Assembly (NCBI RefSeq): GCF_037042905.1
Contig: NC_087252.1
Span: forward strand, 5,086,001 to 5,150,000
Direction: 5' to 3'
Origin: Lytechinus pictus
Taxonomy: Eukaryota
DNA length: 64,000 bases
In this document: positions 1-13,359 of the stretch, one piece after another
Numbering within the stretch: position 1 is the stretch's first letter
How the letters are laid out: every line of letters starts with the position of its first letter
Position numbers and translations under genes: made by a program
The notes under the pieces: generated by a model
Seen by the model: only the letters and a program-made list of their open reading frames with translations
What the model was told of the DNA's origin: nothing
The model's database searches: none

Positions 1-1540
1 CGTGGTCTCAACTATCAATAGAAAGATATAGAGTAAAACTTATAAGCAATCTTACCAATTGGAGGCTATAAGACAATACACTTGGTTGCAATCAATACGA
101 GAAATATCTTGACGGTCAGCTGGAGTTCTCTCTTCTATGTCTTTACTACGAACTGAAGTTTCTTGGCTTTTTGCATCTCTATTTAAAGGTTCTGAACTTC
201 TGGTCAAGCCAGACTGCTCATTAGACAGTCTAATTAAAAGTTACAAGGAAGCTGGTACTGCCCAGCACTCTACACAGAACAAAACAATGAACTTGACCAT
301 TCCTATACAAATTATAACAATAAAGGGTGGACGCGATTTTTGTCTATAGAATTAGCTTTCTGTACCTATACTGTAACACATACCTGCCCTATGGGATTTC
401 ATGTAGAAAGAGATTAAGAAAATGCTAGAGTGCGAAATGAGGAACCTAGTGGAATATGAATTTAAACAACATAATATCAAAATATATACAGCATTAAAAT
501 TGCATAGAACTAACTGCACACTGCTGCAGTGACACAGTCACAGTCCCTATAGGGATAAACTACACACATAATACTGCACAATACTGTTTCTATTGGGATA
601 AACTTATCACAGTATAATGAAACAAGCAACAAATATGTCAAACAAGAGTTAGAGAAAGTTTGAATAAATTTAATGGTGACCGAAAGTAGACATAGATTTT
701 AATCTAAATACATGGACATACTAACCCAAGAAGAAAAGAAAACTAAAATTGAATCATTACATAAAAAAGTGGAATAAATTCTTCAATAAACGTGACTTAC
801 ACTAAGCAGCCTTGTACCATAGAACAATAAATTATTAGACACTGCAAGCACATAAACATGCGTTTCATACAATAATGTGCACTTAATAACACAAGATATT
901 CATAAAATATAAATATGATACACATTTCCAAACTAAAAACCTGTGAAACAATTATATGATATAAATCTAATCACTTCTTCCCCAAATCTTTAAACTATTT
1001 TCTTCTTGGTAATAGGTAATTCAAGTCATACTCTTTGAATAAATCAAAATACCCTCATACCAAGGCAATGACATGATTGTTTCTAATTTTATGAATTGTT
1101 TCTGGACTTACTTTTTGGCTTGAAAGCTTGAAAACAGATGTAAGCTTTGGACCTTGTGTGCTTGAAACAAAGAACATGTATCCATATTGCATGTGATCAA
1201 ATATCAATTCATGTAATCTGTTTCAGTGGAAAGGAGATACACATGATTTCATGAAATATTTCTTGAATTGAATTTATTTTCACATTTTTTTAAAGTGTAC
1301 TTACTAAGATTTTTTTTAGCATTGTCATCAGACTTATGATTCTTTATCTGGTTACTGGTGATTGTACACTAAATATAAATAAACCCACCTACATGAACAC
1401 TTACATCACTGAATATTTTAAATATCCTAATCCTAAATCACATAAATCCATGTGTATTAAATAAGAACAGCAGTTACTATTTCAGTTTTAAGAAATAGAA
1501 AACAAACTTGCATTTACACAATGTATCTGCTATGATAAGC

Positions 1541-1771
1541 CACATGCATACATCCATATGTATTTTGAATCAAAGCAAAAGCTTTATTTCAGTAATTACC
1601 AAAATAAGCCATTAAGCTAACTTTACATTTAGGTATGTACTTTTATGCAATGTAGATGCTATTAAATCTCACATGCATAAATCCATATGTATTTGAATCA
1701 AAGCAAAAGCTTTAATTCCAGTTTTACCAAAAGAGTCCCTCATAGTAAACCTTACATTAAGGTATGTACTG
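1541..1771. repeat. Two-copy tandem duplication (~128 bp unit)
   Basis: cacatgcata.atccatatgtatt(t)tgaatcaaagcaaaagcttta...aggtatgtact occurs at 1541 and 1669. Confidence 0.85.
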
Positions 1772-2229
1772 TATTTGCTAAATGATGAATATATTCCAAA
1801 GTTTATGTATAAGAATAATAGTTTTTCAGTAAACTATTTCAGTAAATTTCTTGTCAGGATGGTTGCATACTGATTTATACAGTATCAACTACATGACACT
1901 TGCAGCCATTATACATCTACCTAACAACCCATTCTCATCTACTTTCTTGATCTGGTTACCCTTACACTACTTCACAAAACTAGGAGATTACTTCGCTAGT
2001 TTTCTCATCATAATCCCCTGAACTGGTTTCCAAAGCCACTTCACATAAACTATAAAGTGATGATGTTGTAATGAGGACGCTCTCATCTGGGGTCACACGT
2101 TTCGCACAAATTTGAAACGGCAGCGTAGGCACTCTACACACAGTGTGTACAGAGTAGCATGCTCAGGATACTGTCACTCTCACACTTTCAGAAGAATGGT
2201 TGTGTCCTCATCTATGCTTAAACAAGTCA

Positions 2230-2383
2230 ATGCTGCAGTATTATTTCCCCTACGGCAAGTCAAAAACAGCCATTTTATTTATTTTTCTTCAAACCACCTA
2301 TATGTAAGCTGGTACCAAAAATATTAAAACGGCTGTTTTGGACTCAACGCACAGTCGCCGTAGGGAAAATGTGACTGCAGCAT
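2230..2383. mobile_element. Short MITE (~155 bp)
   Basis: TIRs atgctgcag..tttcccctacggc / gccgtagggaaaatgtgactgcagcat; same internal sequence as 7318-7472. Confidence 0.75.
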
Positions 2384-5300
2384 CAAAACAAGGCAAATTG
2401 GTTTTGAAAACCACAATCCGAGGTGGTTTTCCAAACTGGTTTGGAAGATTGCTTCAGATCACTTCCAAGATCGCTCGAGCGTTCCAATTAAACGTCATAA
2501 CTAGTCTCCACTAAATGATTGTCATTAAGTAGATGTGAATGGGATCTCATTAATAACCCACTTGATTGTCAAGAAATAATTCAATAACAAATTTAGACAC
2601 TGATTTCAAGATGTTTCTTCATATGGAAGACAATAGTTTTACACCAGCAGCTTAATATTTTATCCACAAGTAATTAAATAAGTACACTTTAAAGTGAGAT
2701 ATTGTCCGACTATAACCTTTTGTATAAATGTCATGCCTTTCAGCTATTTTCAGCATAAATTGCAATTCCTTTGGGTAAAAGAAAAAAAGAAGAAAAAGTC
2801 TGAATACATTTGATAACTCAAGAGAGGGATAAGTATATGTATCATTGAAGCCCCCCTTATCATGTGAGGTTATGTGATATCAATAGAATGCAAAAATGTG
2901 GATTTTCTAAAATCAAACTCTTCAAACTGGTTATACATATCTATATGTTTACATTTGTATTCACATATGCATTTAAACAATGCAATCTATATCAATCATT
3001 ATCACTAAATTATTATTACATTTAAAATTCAAATGTCAGGTGCTAACCTCTATGAATTCCAAAGAGAACAATCTGAAAGGGCAGACAATACATTCATATA
3101 TACCTCTTTCTACCCCGATGGTCATATGCTTAAATGTATGATTACATACATTTCTTAATAATAGCTTACGCCATCATATGGCACAAACATACATGAAAAT
3201 GAATAAATTTCAGAAGTACCTATTTCAAATATCTTTCAATATTAAGGTGAAAAAACATTGCGAATGCAATTTTGAATCGGCTGAGAAACACCTTTGCTGT
3301 AAACAAAAAAGAAGTGATACACTCTGTTATAGGTGGTTACATATTTCATTAAGATGGAAGTTACATGAAGCAGGGAAAACAGTCTCCCTTTGAATATATA
3401 TATACTGTAGGTATTTTTCAAAGGAAATGATTTAGAGATGATTGTTTTCATATACATTGAAATGCAGCGTAGCCAAGGAATGCGCTCTTTTCTTATGATT
3501 GTACAAATAGGATTATATCCACGAAGTATAAATGAAAACTAAAAACATTTTTGGAGCCTTTTGTATTTCATACCATACTCCTTACTGGAAGGGGAATAAG
3601 TTGAGCCGTTATAGGATGACTGCCCTGGAACCATTCCGCATGAAATCACACCCCGAAGGACAGTTACCCCTGGATGGACACCTTGCCCAAAAGAAAACTA
3701 CCCTCGAGGATAACTTCCCACACAAAGGGCGGAGCTGTCCTCCCAAGGAAATTTTCCTAGAACCAAGTCGATTACATACTCAAACATGGTTCAGACTTAT
3801 CAAAGATAATATGAATATCAAAACTCATATAGGACACAAAGTGCTACTTTCCAGTTGTAAATTCATTGCTGATCGACTCCTACTTCAGAGGTTGGCCGCA
3901 ATGCAAAGTAGGTCTGTCATGTACCAAACAAATTGGAAATATTAAAGCAGTTCTTGCTATCCCTATCAATATTAACCAAAAGTTCTTGGATGTAGCTCAT
4001 GCCGCTTACTTGCATGTCCAAATATCTTCCAGGAGTTTGAAGGTAAGAATATTATACAGCAAGAGGCATATTAACCACAAGTAGTAAGTATTATGACGAT
4101 TCCTCCTCGAAATGGAAAAAGAAATTGAGAACATAATGTGAAAGCGGATGCGACTATCGTTAGCTACGGTATGAGTAGATCTTAACTTGTGGGTCACACA
4201 TCACTGAACAAGCAGAATTTATATTTTAATGCACATGGCGAATGGCAAATTCACACCGCATGCTACATCTTGAGACTTTTGTTATTGTCCATAGCGAGAA
4301 TTGTCAATAAGTGACCGGAAATACATACTGCATCTTCAAAGGAATAAATGTGAATATAGCATCTACAAACTTCTGAACAGGCTTCATTGCAAATATTAAT
4401 CAAAGTAATTGCAACTAAGTGACTGCAATAATTCATAGAGAAGTGAAAATCTAGACATCTAATGGTGCGTGAGTATACTATGTACTACTTCTGCTACTGC
4501 ATATTGCAAAATAAAGTGGAGAATTACTAATATTCCAACTTCTGACAAGGTATCAGAAAATATGTAGCACAGTAGACCCCCAAAACCCTACAATGGAAAT
4601 CAATAGGAAACACAAATTCAATGTAAATACTGTATACCAACCACCAAAATAACAGAAGAAAAAATAGAAAAAAATGTTGAAAGGTTGTCCTACTCTACTT
4701 TGAGAAATCCAAGAAAACACCTACGTACATTCATAAGTATATTCAAAGCTGCCTCATTTTTTGAAAGGGAAATAGATCAACTGCGAGGATAAATATTAGA
4801 GAAAATTTCACAGCATATGACTCTTTGATAAGGAATAAAATAATGTGCATCATGAAGAGTGAAGGGTTGGTAAAATGTGTGTGCAGTGGTCAAGCCAATA
4901 TTACACTTTGTTCAAGAGAGTAATCATTATTTCTTGGGAAGTGAAGTTTCGAAATTTTAAAAAAGATTTCTAGAACCCCACAAAAAAAAAGATTTACCTT
5001 TCTGACCACATGTTTAAGTGAACATTTTGACCATATCAATATCAATATTAGATAATGCGCTTTTGAGACATTGAAATTCAGGGGTTCCATTGAAATTATG
5101 ATGAGCAGCTTAGGGAGGCCAATTACAGCAAATTGGAAATTGCAACCATTGCCTTAAATTTGCAGTTAGTACCTATTAGCAACTGCAATTAAACTGTATT
5201 TCCCAAAACTGGTATGAACTTGGCATTTGAAACCCATCATACTTCATAAACTGTTCATGTGCCTGTGACAAATTGCCTTTCAAGTCAAATGCAATGCACA

Positions 5301-5694
5301 AGAGTATAACAAAAGAGAAATCTATTTATACAGTAGCTGCTTAAATACAATCAGGTCTGCACCACATAGACTAGACCAATAATACGAATAATGCAATATA
5401 TATCTGTCTCATATAAAGAAATATTATCTCTCCTATAGCATGAATAATTTGCACATTAATATGCCAAGCATTATTAAAAAATGTATGTAACATGATTTCC
5501 TACGATATACATATGCACACAAAAGTATTGTTTTAAACATGGAAATATAAACAGATCTCCATATTTTAACCCTGTGATGTAGTGTTTGCAAAACAGACCT
5601 TACTTCCTAGCTAGTTTACAGGCATTCTAAACTTGCAAGACAAATTCCCCTTCTTGGCATAATTCTTTTAATGCACAATGCTTCACAGAACATG

Positions 5695-5752
<58 letters not shown>

Positions 5753-7317
5753 GCCTCCTCCAGGCTTTTCCCTTGGACCATGGAGGGGGGGGGGGGGGGT
5801 GAGGTCCATAAAGGCTTTAAGTAGGGGAAAAATATAAAGGAAATAATGGAAACAAAATGGAACATTCAATGAGTATACCTACACCAAACTTTGGAAGGGG
5901 GTACAATATCATTCCCTCCCAAGGGAAGGGGTGGGGGCAGTTTTTCAAAGATACGCCTCTGTGCTATAACCCCCTTTCGCCTAGTTCCCCATTGTCTCGC
6001 AACTATGTACAACTAATCATCAATGATATATTCACAGTGCTCCACGCATATCATTTCAATTAACATACCAGATATAAATATACTTCTTTGTCCCTTATTG
6101 CCTCAAATATCACTGGGAGAATAGGATGATAATAGAGATTACGCATAACAAGCCAAATTTATACAAATATAGAGGTTAATAAAACCTATTTATGCAGTTA
6201 AATACACTTATTTATAGTGAACCATTGGTCATCATGTTTATTTCAGAATAGGCGATTTTAAGTTTGGTGTTGACCTTTTCGTGTTGGTGTTAGGTCAATA
6301 TTTATGGCACCAAACATAAAATGAAGATGGTCCTGAAAAGTCACTCACTAGTTGTTGAGATGTCAATATTGTGATCTGGATCAGTTTTACAAACTCAGAA
6401 TATGTTTCGGAGTTAGGGAAAGCAATCCAAAATTCCAACACCAATGGCAACACCGGACTTGAAATCACCCATTATACATGTATCATCATCTTACCATATA
6501 GTGATTCCCAGTGTCCCATTATTACACTTAAATTTGTTGTAATGCATGTATGTTAATATAACATAAGATGTTGCACTAACTGTGATCATTGCTAACCTCT
6601 GATGCGTTGTTTCCAAACACACAATGACTGACCAACCTACTGCACATCATAGACTTATCAAATACCTCCAAACTACCATTGATCATGGCTTCATAAATTA
6701 TTCCAAATAACCATGAATAGAATATAACACGACCCCATTCAGGAGTCATTTGACACAAGAATAAACAACAAAGCATAAACCAAACTCCCCAAATTCCCAT
6801 AAATCCTTTTTATAAGACATTAACACAAAGTTAAAAGCTACTTCCAAGCTCCTAATAACAGAAACATACAAACTCTACTTGAAAACATGTTACAATCCAA
6901 TTTCAAGAATAAATAAATCACAAAAATAAAAAGAAATGTAGGTTGAAAAGGTGAAAACTATTGAAGAAACTTGGATAAGTTATTTCAAGAATAAATAGAT
7001 GAAGAAAATAAAATATACATGTATTTGAATGTACAGTGCACACACAATGAGCATATAAACTGAGTGCATTACCAAAAAGGAAAAAGAAGAAAAATACCCC
7101 AACACATAATTTCATATTCTGCCTATTTTACATGTATTTAAAAAATGAAGAAGTTCTTTGAACAAACTAAAAGAAACATCACCATTCCATGTCTTGAATT
7201 TACTGCTTTGTAAAGCAGTGAAAATATATTTGCAACAATCATATCCATAACTTAATGATGTGTCAATGTGATCTCTTACATGTGCCATATAATTGTAGTG
7301 GTATTAATCAGATTTAA

Positions 7318-7472
7318 ACCTTGGTTGCATTTGCTCTACGGCGAGTCGAAAACAGCCGTTTTATTAATTTTTATTTCAAACCACCTATTATAGTAGCTGG
7401 TACAAAAAAAACTGTTAAAACGGCTGTTTTCGACTCACCGTACGGCTGGCGTAGAGCAAATGTGACCGAGGT
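7318..7472. mobile_element. Short MITE, same family as 2230-2383
   Basis: TIRs accttggttgcatttgctctacg / cgtagagcaaatgtgaccgaggt; shared core aaaacagcc..aaaccacct..gctggtac..aaaacggctgtttt. Confidence 0.75.
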
Positions 7473-7806
7473 ATTACCACAAGAGCAAGGCCATATGCAA
7501 GGAAAGTTTTCACAGCACAAAAAATCCTTAAACAGACAAATGAGGAAGTGGACTGACTAAGCTAATTCGAGAAGGTTTTTTTCATTAATTTTTTTAAAGA
7601 GAAAAATATGTGCACACTGACTGTGCAATATTTCAGAAAATGTGCATCCCCACGACTCAGCAATGAAAATAATGCCTCCCTCCCCTCACTGTGTACAGTC
7701 ATGGACATGGATAGCTAGAATCAATTGGACTTGAAAATCACCAAGATTTCCATTGAAAAGTGACTGTCAAAATGAATGTGATTGATCACGGAAAAACAGT
7801 TGACGG

Positions 7807-8184
7807 TGCCTTGTGGTTTGGTTGTGGGTGATGTTGTGCAGGAGAGTGGCTCGTGTCTCATCACTAATATTTCTTGACCATTTACATGTATTGGCTTGAC
7901 CATTTAAGAACCATTCACGATGCCTTGTGGTTGGTTGTGGGTGATGTTGTGGAGGAGAGTGGCTCGTGTCTCATCACTAATATTTCTTGACCATTTAAAT
8001 GTATTGGCTTGACCATTTAAGAACCATTCACGATGCCTTGTGGTTGGTTGTGGGTGATGTGGTAGAGGAGAGTGGCTCGTGTCTCATCACTAATATTTCT
8101 TGACCATTTAAATGTATTGGCTTGACCATTTAAGACCCATTCACGACGCCTTGTGGTTGGTTGTGGGTGATGTGGTGGAGGAGA
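7807..8184. repeat. 113-bp tandem repeat (~3.3 copies) overlapping the CBS C-terminal codons and stop
   Basis: ttgtgggtgatgt recurs at 7822, 7935, 8048 and 8161 (period 113). Confidence 0.95.
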
Positions 8185-8245
8185 TCGATTCGCGTCGCAA
8201 TCCCGAAGATCATTTTCTTCTGTGCCACAGTCTGGCTCGCAGAGT
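8130..8245 (-). CDS. CBS: CBS last coding exon with stop codon
   Basis: YSASQTVAQKKMIFGIATRIDLLHHITHNQPQGVVNGS*, comparable to the M.FG..T.IDLL motif. Acceptor ctctccacacag; TAA at 8132-8130. Summed CDS is 1590 nt (529 aa). Confidence 0.93.
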
Positions 8246-8884
8246 CTGTGTGGAGAGAATACAATATTAATGACAATAATCATAACAATGATATTTGGAA
8301 TGTGCTAATTCGATTCAATTCTGTATATTAATTGAAACAAACAGTCAGTCTCTACTGCATAATGCAATTCAATACTGCACTGGTGTTAACTTGATGACAT
8401 TGAAATATCATTGTACCGGTACTTTGATAACCCTTACTTGTATGTAATTTATTACATCTTATCTTTAACTTGGTTCATATCCAAGCATGGAATGTCCTTT
8501 AATAAGCCATCTTATTGCATTTGCCACCCTCCATTCAGGTGTAGAAATTAAATTCGAATACAATTCAAAATTTTGTTTTTAGCTTATCAATGTTTGTACG
8601 GACTTGCGCTTGCATGCTTAGCTGCCAACACAACATCTTCAATCCCATTATAACGTTCTGTTAATTCTTTCCCCAATCTTGACAAAAACTTCAGGTGAAT
8701 GTTCTTTTGCTCACGCCTCCCTTTTATAAAATAACCTCCAAAACTCACTTTCTTAGAACTAATATAAATTGAAAACTGTTCTTAAAAATGCAATAATTTC
8801 AAAATGATCTCAATTAAGTACATTGTAGTCAGTACCACATTCTTCTCTTCTGTTTGCACTGACACTAAGTGATATGTGCTGTAT

Positions 8885-9221
8885 AATCTTGTTATTGTTT
8901 ATAGGGTGTTTTATGTATCTCTGCGCTTAAAAGATTTATTATTACCCTGGTCATCTGATTCAATCAGTCATTCCCAGACAACACAAATGCACATCTTCCA
9001 CTCTCTAGGGAGTATTCCAGCAAGTCGCCATGTAAGGCGCTCACAATGCTGGACAAGTTACAATGACTTTCACATCCTACAGAGTATCCATTTAGCACTT
9101 GTGTGGAGAGTGACAAAGTGTGGACGAATACCTTGCCAGAGGGTGGTAGCCTGTGATGAGATTTGAACACACAACCCTGTGATAACAGGGTGAGAGTCAG
9201 AACCACTGCACCATGGCTCTC
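8885..9221 (-). mobile_element. Degenerate tRNA-derived SINE
   Basis: Minus strand: A-box-like tggtgcagtgg, B-box-like gttcaaatc, central actctccacacaagtgctaaatggatac resembling the 28183-28432 copy. Confidence 0.6.
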
Positions 9222-9316
9222 TAAGAACAGAAGAAACCATTTACTATCAACAAATTATTATCATAACGTCTAAGTGCTGTGAGTCTTGTAGTGTGATTGC
9301 TATGAGTGCTATACAT

Positions 9317-9629
9317 AAAGTGGTCAAGTCCACCTCAGGAAAAAAAAATCAAAATTTGTTTCACAGGTCAATGAGAAAGTAAGAATGTTTCATATTTCAT
9401 ATAATGATATACAAAAGAAATAGAGAGTGAGTGATGTCATCAGTTCCCTCATTTACATACCGATCAGGATGTTCATATAACTGTTTTGTGAAATTAAGTG
9501 AAATTAAAAAAAAAAATCACAACTTTCTTATTTTACAACCTATTTTTATGAAATTTTCAGTGTTATGCTTGTAGGACTTTTCTCTTTTTATAAAATCAAC
9601 TTTTTTGTTGGGGTGGACTTGTCCTTTAA
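9317..9629. mobile_element. Kolobok-like non-autonomous DNA transposon (degenerate)
   Basis: Inverted ends aaagtggtcaagtccacc / ggtggacttgtcctttaa, ending at TTAA. Confidence 0.6.
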
Positions 9630-9687
9630 TATTATTAATTAGAAGTACTCTACAATTATAAACCTGTGTACAGGCATATAGACTTAC

Positions 9688-9772
9688 AGAGTCTTTGATC
9701 CTGTAGGATGAGAACGAAGTGATCGTGATCCAAATATCGAGACAGATTCCCAAGGGTCGTTTCCAATGTTAC
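9688..9772 (-). CDS. CBS: CBS coding exon 11 (CBS2 domain)
   Basis: VTLETTLGNLSRYLDHDHFVLILQDQRL; ttttatag acceptor, GTAAGT donor; 85 nt. Confidence 0.94.
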
Positions 9773-10406
9773 CTATAAAAAAACAAAACCAGAAAGGATG
9801 ATGATGATGGTAAAATAACTGGAAAGGTATTCCATGTCATAAGATCATGAACGTATTTGAGATGGTTTCATTTTGGTATAATCAACATCATTCTATATTC
9901 CCTTTAATAATGAATGTGATTGCACAAATCTGAAACAATCTTGAAATGCTGGCAGTACAAATCTTCATAATAAAGATGCTGTAGAGTATTGGAATCTTTC
10001 AGACCCCCAATCGAAAAATAAGATAAACGAATTATTAAATAAAATAAATATTAAAATATAATTATAGATTAATACATTGAAAAAAAAATGAATGAATGAA
10101 CCCCCACCCGAAATATAAACAAAATACAAATAATAAACATAGTCCCATGATTTATCCCCAAAATAAATAATAATAACAATTTTACATACCGCAAATTTGC
10201 AAATTGCCTCTAAGCGGTTAAGAGAAAGGAAAATGAAGTATAAAGGAAATAGAAATAGTTTGCACAACAAAATGTATCAGAACTAATATTACAATTTACA
10301 ACTTTACAAAAAGAACTTGAACCACTGACAAATAAAATATTTAAGCTTTCTTTGATACATAACTGTAGGGGAAAATCAACTGCTACTGGTCTTTGTTCAT
10401 ACTCAC

Positions 10407-10515
10407 CGTTCTAAATTGTTTATACAGGCAGTCAGCTACAAGTGTAGATGGCTTGCATTTATTAGCTAACAGCTGGGACATGAGACTACCAAGGGTGACA
10501 ACCCCCTTCACATCA
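10407..10515 (-). CDS. CBS: CBS coding exon 10
   Basis: DVKGVVTLGSLMSQLLANKCKPSTLVADCLYKQFRT; tttgcag acceptor, GTGAGT donor; 109 nt. Confidence 0.95.
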
Positions 10516-10600
10516 CTGCAAATGAGAAGTAGATTACACAAAGTAAAATATAAAATTCATACTATAATTCAAATCATGAAATATATTTTAAATGATATCT

Positions 10601-11535
10601 AAAAACAGGATGAACCCCTTGAAGCAAGTTAGCTTGTATGAGAGCAGGAAAATCAAAGAATGAGATCAACGGAAGTTTGAAATTGGACAAGAAATACAAA
10701 TATTATGAACATTTGAATGTCTAGATCATTGATGCTATGGAAATCCTCCCATTGGCAATGCAAACACGATCTGTGATTTCACACTCCTACAACTCCCCTC
10801 TTTGGACCCCCCCTAAATATACCCCAAAGCATTTTTTTTGGCTCATTCTAATGACATAACAATCAATCCATTAAAAAACGGTAATGTGAAACCTGATGTC
10901 CGATCTCATTAGAAGAGAACATCTGGGGAGAGTTTCATCAATTTTTTCGTCCGACAAGTTGTCGGGTCTGACAACTTTCCTTGATAATGATTGGCTGAGG
11001 CACTGTTACCATAGTAACTGTCGGATTAAACGTCTGACTAGTCCTTTCATGAATCGCTCCCCAGGACTGAACCCCCATGAAAGGACTTGTCAGACATTTT
11101 ATCCGACAAGTCTAGTTTTATTGGACAGTTACTCCGTAACAGTGCCTCTAAGCCAATAAGGATCACGAGAAGTTGTCAGAACTGACAACTTGTCGGACGA
11201 AAATGTTGATGAAACGCCCCCCAGGGGAGCGTTTCATGAAAGGACTCGGACAAAACGTCCGACAAGTCCAGTTTTATTCGACAGGTATCATAGTAATGGT
11301 GGTTCATAGCCAATCAAATTCAAGGAAAGTTGTCAGATCTGACTTCTGGGAAAAAATGTTGATGAAACGCTCCCCAGATCTTGTGAGACTTGATAAAAGA
11401 AAATATTTAAATGAAATATGGACTGAAGTAATGGGGAGGTTGTACGTGTGTAACATCAGAAATCTTGGTCGCATTGCCAAAGGGAAGATCAACATAGCAT
11501 TATTGATCTCAATATTCAAATGTTCATAACTTATA
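10601..11535. mobile_element. Kolobok-like MITE (family of 58220-58803) interrupted by three short MITEs
   Basis: Shares ttgaagcaagttagctt, cccattggcaatgc and cttggtcgcattgccaa..gatctcaatattcaaatg with the 58220 element. Confidence 0.75.
10923..11377. mobile_element. Three adjacent ~150-bp PIF/Harbinger-like MITEs (CWG target duplication)
   Basis: TIRs ggggagcgtttcat / atgaaacgctcccc flanked by CTG/CAG. Related copies lie at ~14755-14860, ~38520-38675 and ~44636-44779. Confidence 0.75.
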
Positions 11536-11805
11536 ACAGATGTCAGTGAAAATTTTGTTGCATAAAACACTCCCCGTGCCTCCAGTCTTCATGAACAACT
11601 TACCCACAGGCTTTATACTCAGAATCTTCTACCACAGGTAATTGGTTATAGCCATCACATATTTTCACTGACTATTTTGCTCTGAGCCAATCAGATGCAA
11701 GAATTTCAGTAGCTTCTAACAGATGTCACTGAACAATTTGTTGCATGAACCACTCCCCATGCCTCCCTTGACCAGTCTTCACAAACAGGTTTCAGAATGA
11801 CTTAC

Positions 11806-11940
11806 CCTGAATCTTCTACCACAGGTAACTGGTCATAGCCTTCTTTGTTCATGATATCAATAGCATCCTGGCAACTGACCGTTTGGAGGACGGTCAATGG
11901 AGCTCCGAGCTTCAACATTGATATGGGCTGATTCCACCAC
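11806..11940 (-). CDS. CBS: CBS coding exon 9 (CBS1 domain)
   Basis: WWNQPISMLKLGAPLTVLQTVSCQDAIDIMNKEGYDQLPVVEDSG; tag acceptor, GTAAGT donor; 135 nt. Confidence 0.95.
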
Positions 11941-12523
11941 CTAGACATGACACATTCAAAGTAATAGAAGTTAAAATTAAGTATTAAGTTTCTAATGATT
12001 AGGAAAAAATGACAGTAATACTCAAAATGAAAGATAAACAGGCAAATGTATCATCAATATGCTGAAGAGCAGGCCAAAAATCATAAATTTTTTTATTTCC
12101 GGGGGCTACTTTCACAACTTACTGCCTAAATCTGCAATATTGGATAAGCTTTAACATTCTAGAACAGGTACATGTAGCAAGTAACATGAAGTAATGGTAG
12201 GAGTTTTGTATAGGAGAAAAGATGACAAAATGGGTATAGTATAAACTTTCTAAGAAAGCATTAAAAGAATAAGTAGGAGTAGAAGTGAAATTAAAGTAAA
12301 TATAAGTAGTAAAAGTAAAGTAGTGTAAAGTAATTATAGCATTGAATGTATCTAGTTTTAGTTGCCAAAGAGGTTGTAGTAATTGTATTATCAGAACAAG
12401 ATATTAGTAGAAGCTAGAGTAGTTGTCAATCTAAAAATTGGTGCATAGCAAATGCAGAAGAGTCATCATCATGGTAGTAGTAGAAGTTAACATGAGTACA
12501 ATGTAAGAGAGATGTATTCTTAC

Positions 12524-12601
12524 CAATGCTGTGGTGTGTTATCAACATGCTTGTCAATGAATTCCTTCTCAACCATCCAATCATCGGACAGAAACTTGGT
12601 C
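12524..12601 (-). CDS. CBS: CBS coding exon 8 (end of catalytic core and linker)
   Basis: TKFLSDDWMVEKEFIDKHVDNTPQHW; tttgtcag acceptor, GTAAGA donor; 78 nt. Confidence 0.95.
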
Positions 12602-13151
12602 CTGACAAAAACAAACCAGATTAAACAAAATTAAAAACCAGATTAAACAAAAGACAACATTTACCATTTGCATGCAGGCGTCATGATGTCAAGGCTCAAT
12701 TTGCACATGTTTAGAATTGCACATCAAACAAAGTTATTATGATGAGACATAATTTTGCAATTATTCCTTGATGTCAGCCAATAATTTATCATCCCCACCA
12801 GGATCCAGCTAGGAATTCCGGTGGGTGATACAAAACTGTTCTTTTTTAAATTATGTACTCAGTTTTATTTGTAAAGATCTCTTTTTTATTCGTTTATATT
12901 TGTTGATGTTTGTATATCCAAAGAAACTGTTGCTGGGCTAGCGCCATGAGCGTCTCTGGACAGTGTGTGCACTCAACACGATATCATAATTATTATTATT
13001 ATCATTAAGTTTTAGCAAATGATCCTTTATGTCAGTGACATTCAAAAGATTTTGGGCAACTTCTAAGATAAAAGGGCAATTCCACAAGATTTTGAAAGTA
13101 CAAAAGGGTAGATTATTTTATGGGATTGCCAACAAGTTACCAGGAACTCAC

Positions 13152-13257
13152 ATGTAATTCCTGACAGAATCTGCTAGAACCACAACACAGGTTTGACCTT
13201 CCCTCAGAGATTTGGCTGCTTCTAATGCACCACACATTGATCCACCACTACTACCAC
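13152..13257 (-). CDS. CBS: CBS coding exon 7
   Basis: [36 protein letters not shown]; ccttttag acceptor, GTGAGT donor; 106 nt. Confidence 0.96.
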
Positions 13258-13359
13258 CTAAAAGGAAAAAAAGAAAAAGAAAAAAAAGAAGGGATGATTG
13301 ATATTGGTAATGAATCAGTGAATAAAAACAACAGAATTTGGAAACAAATCAAACAACTT

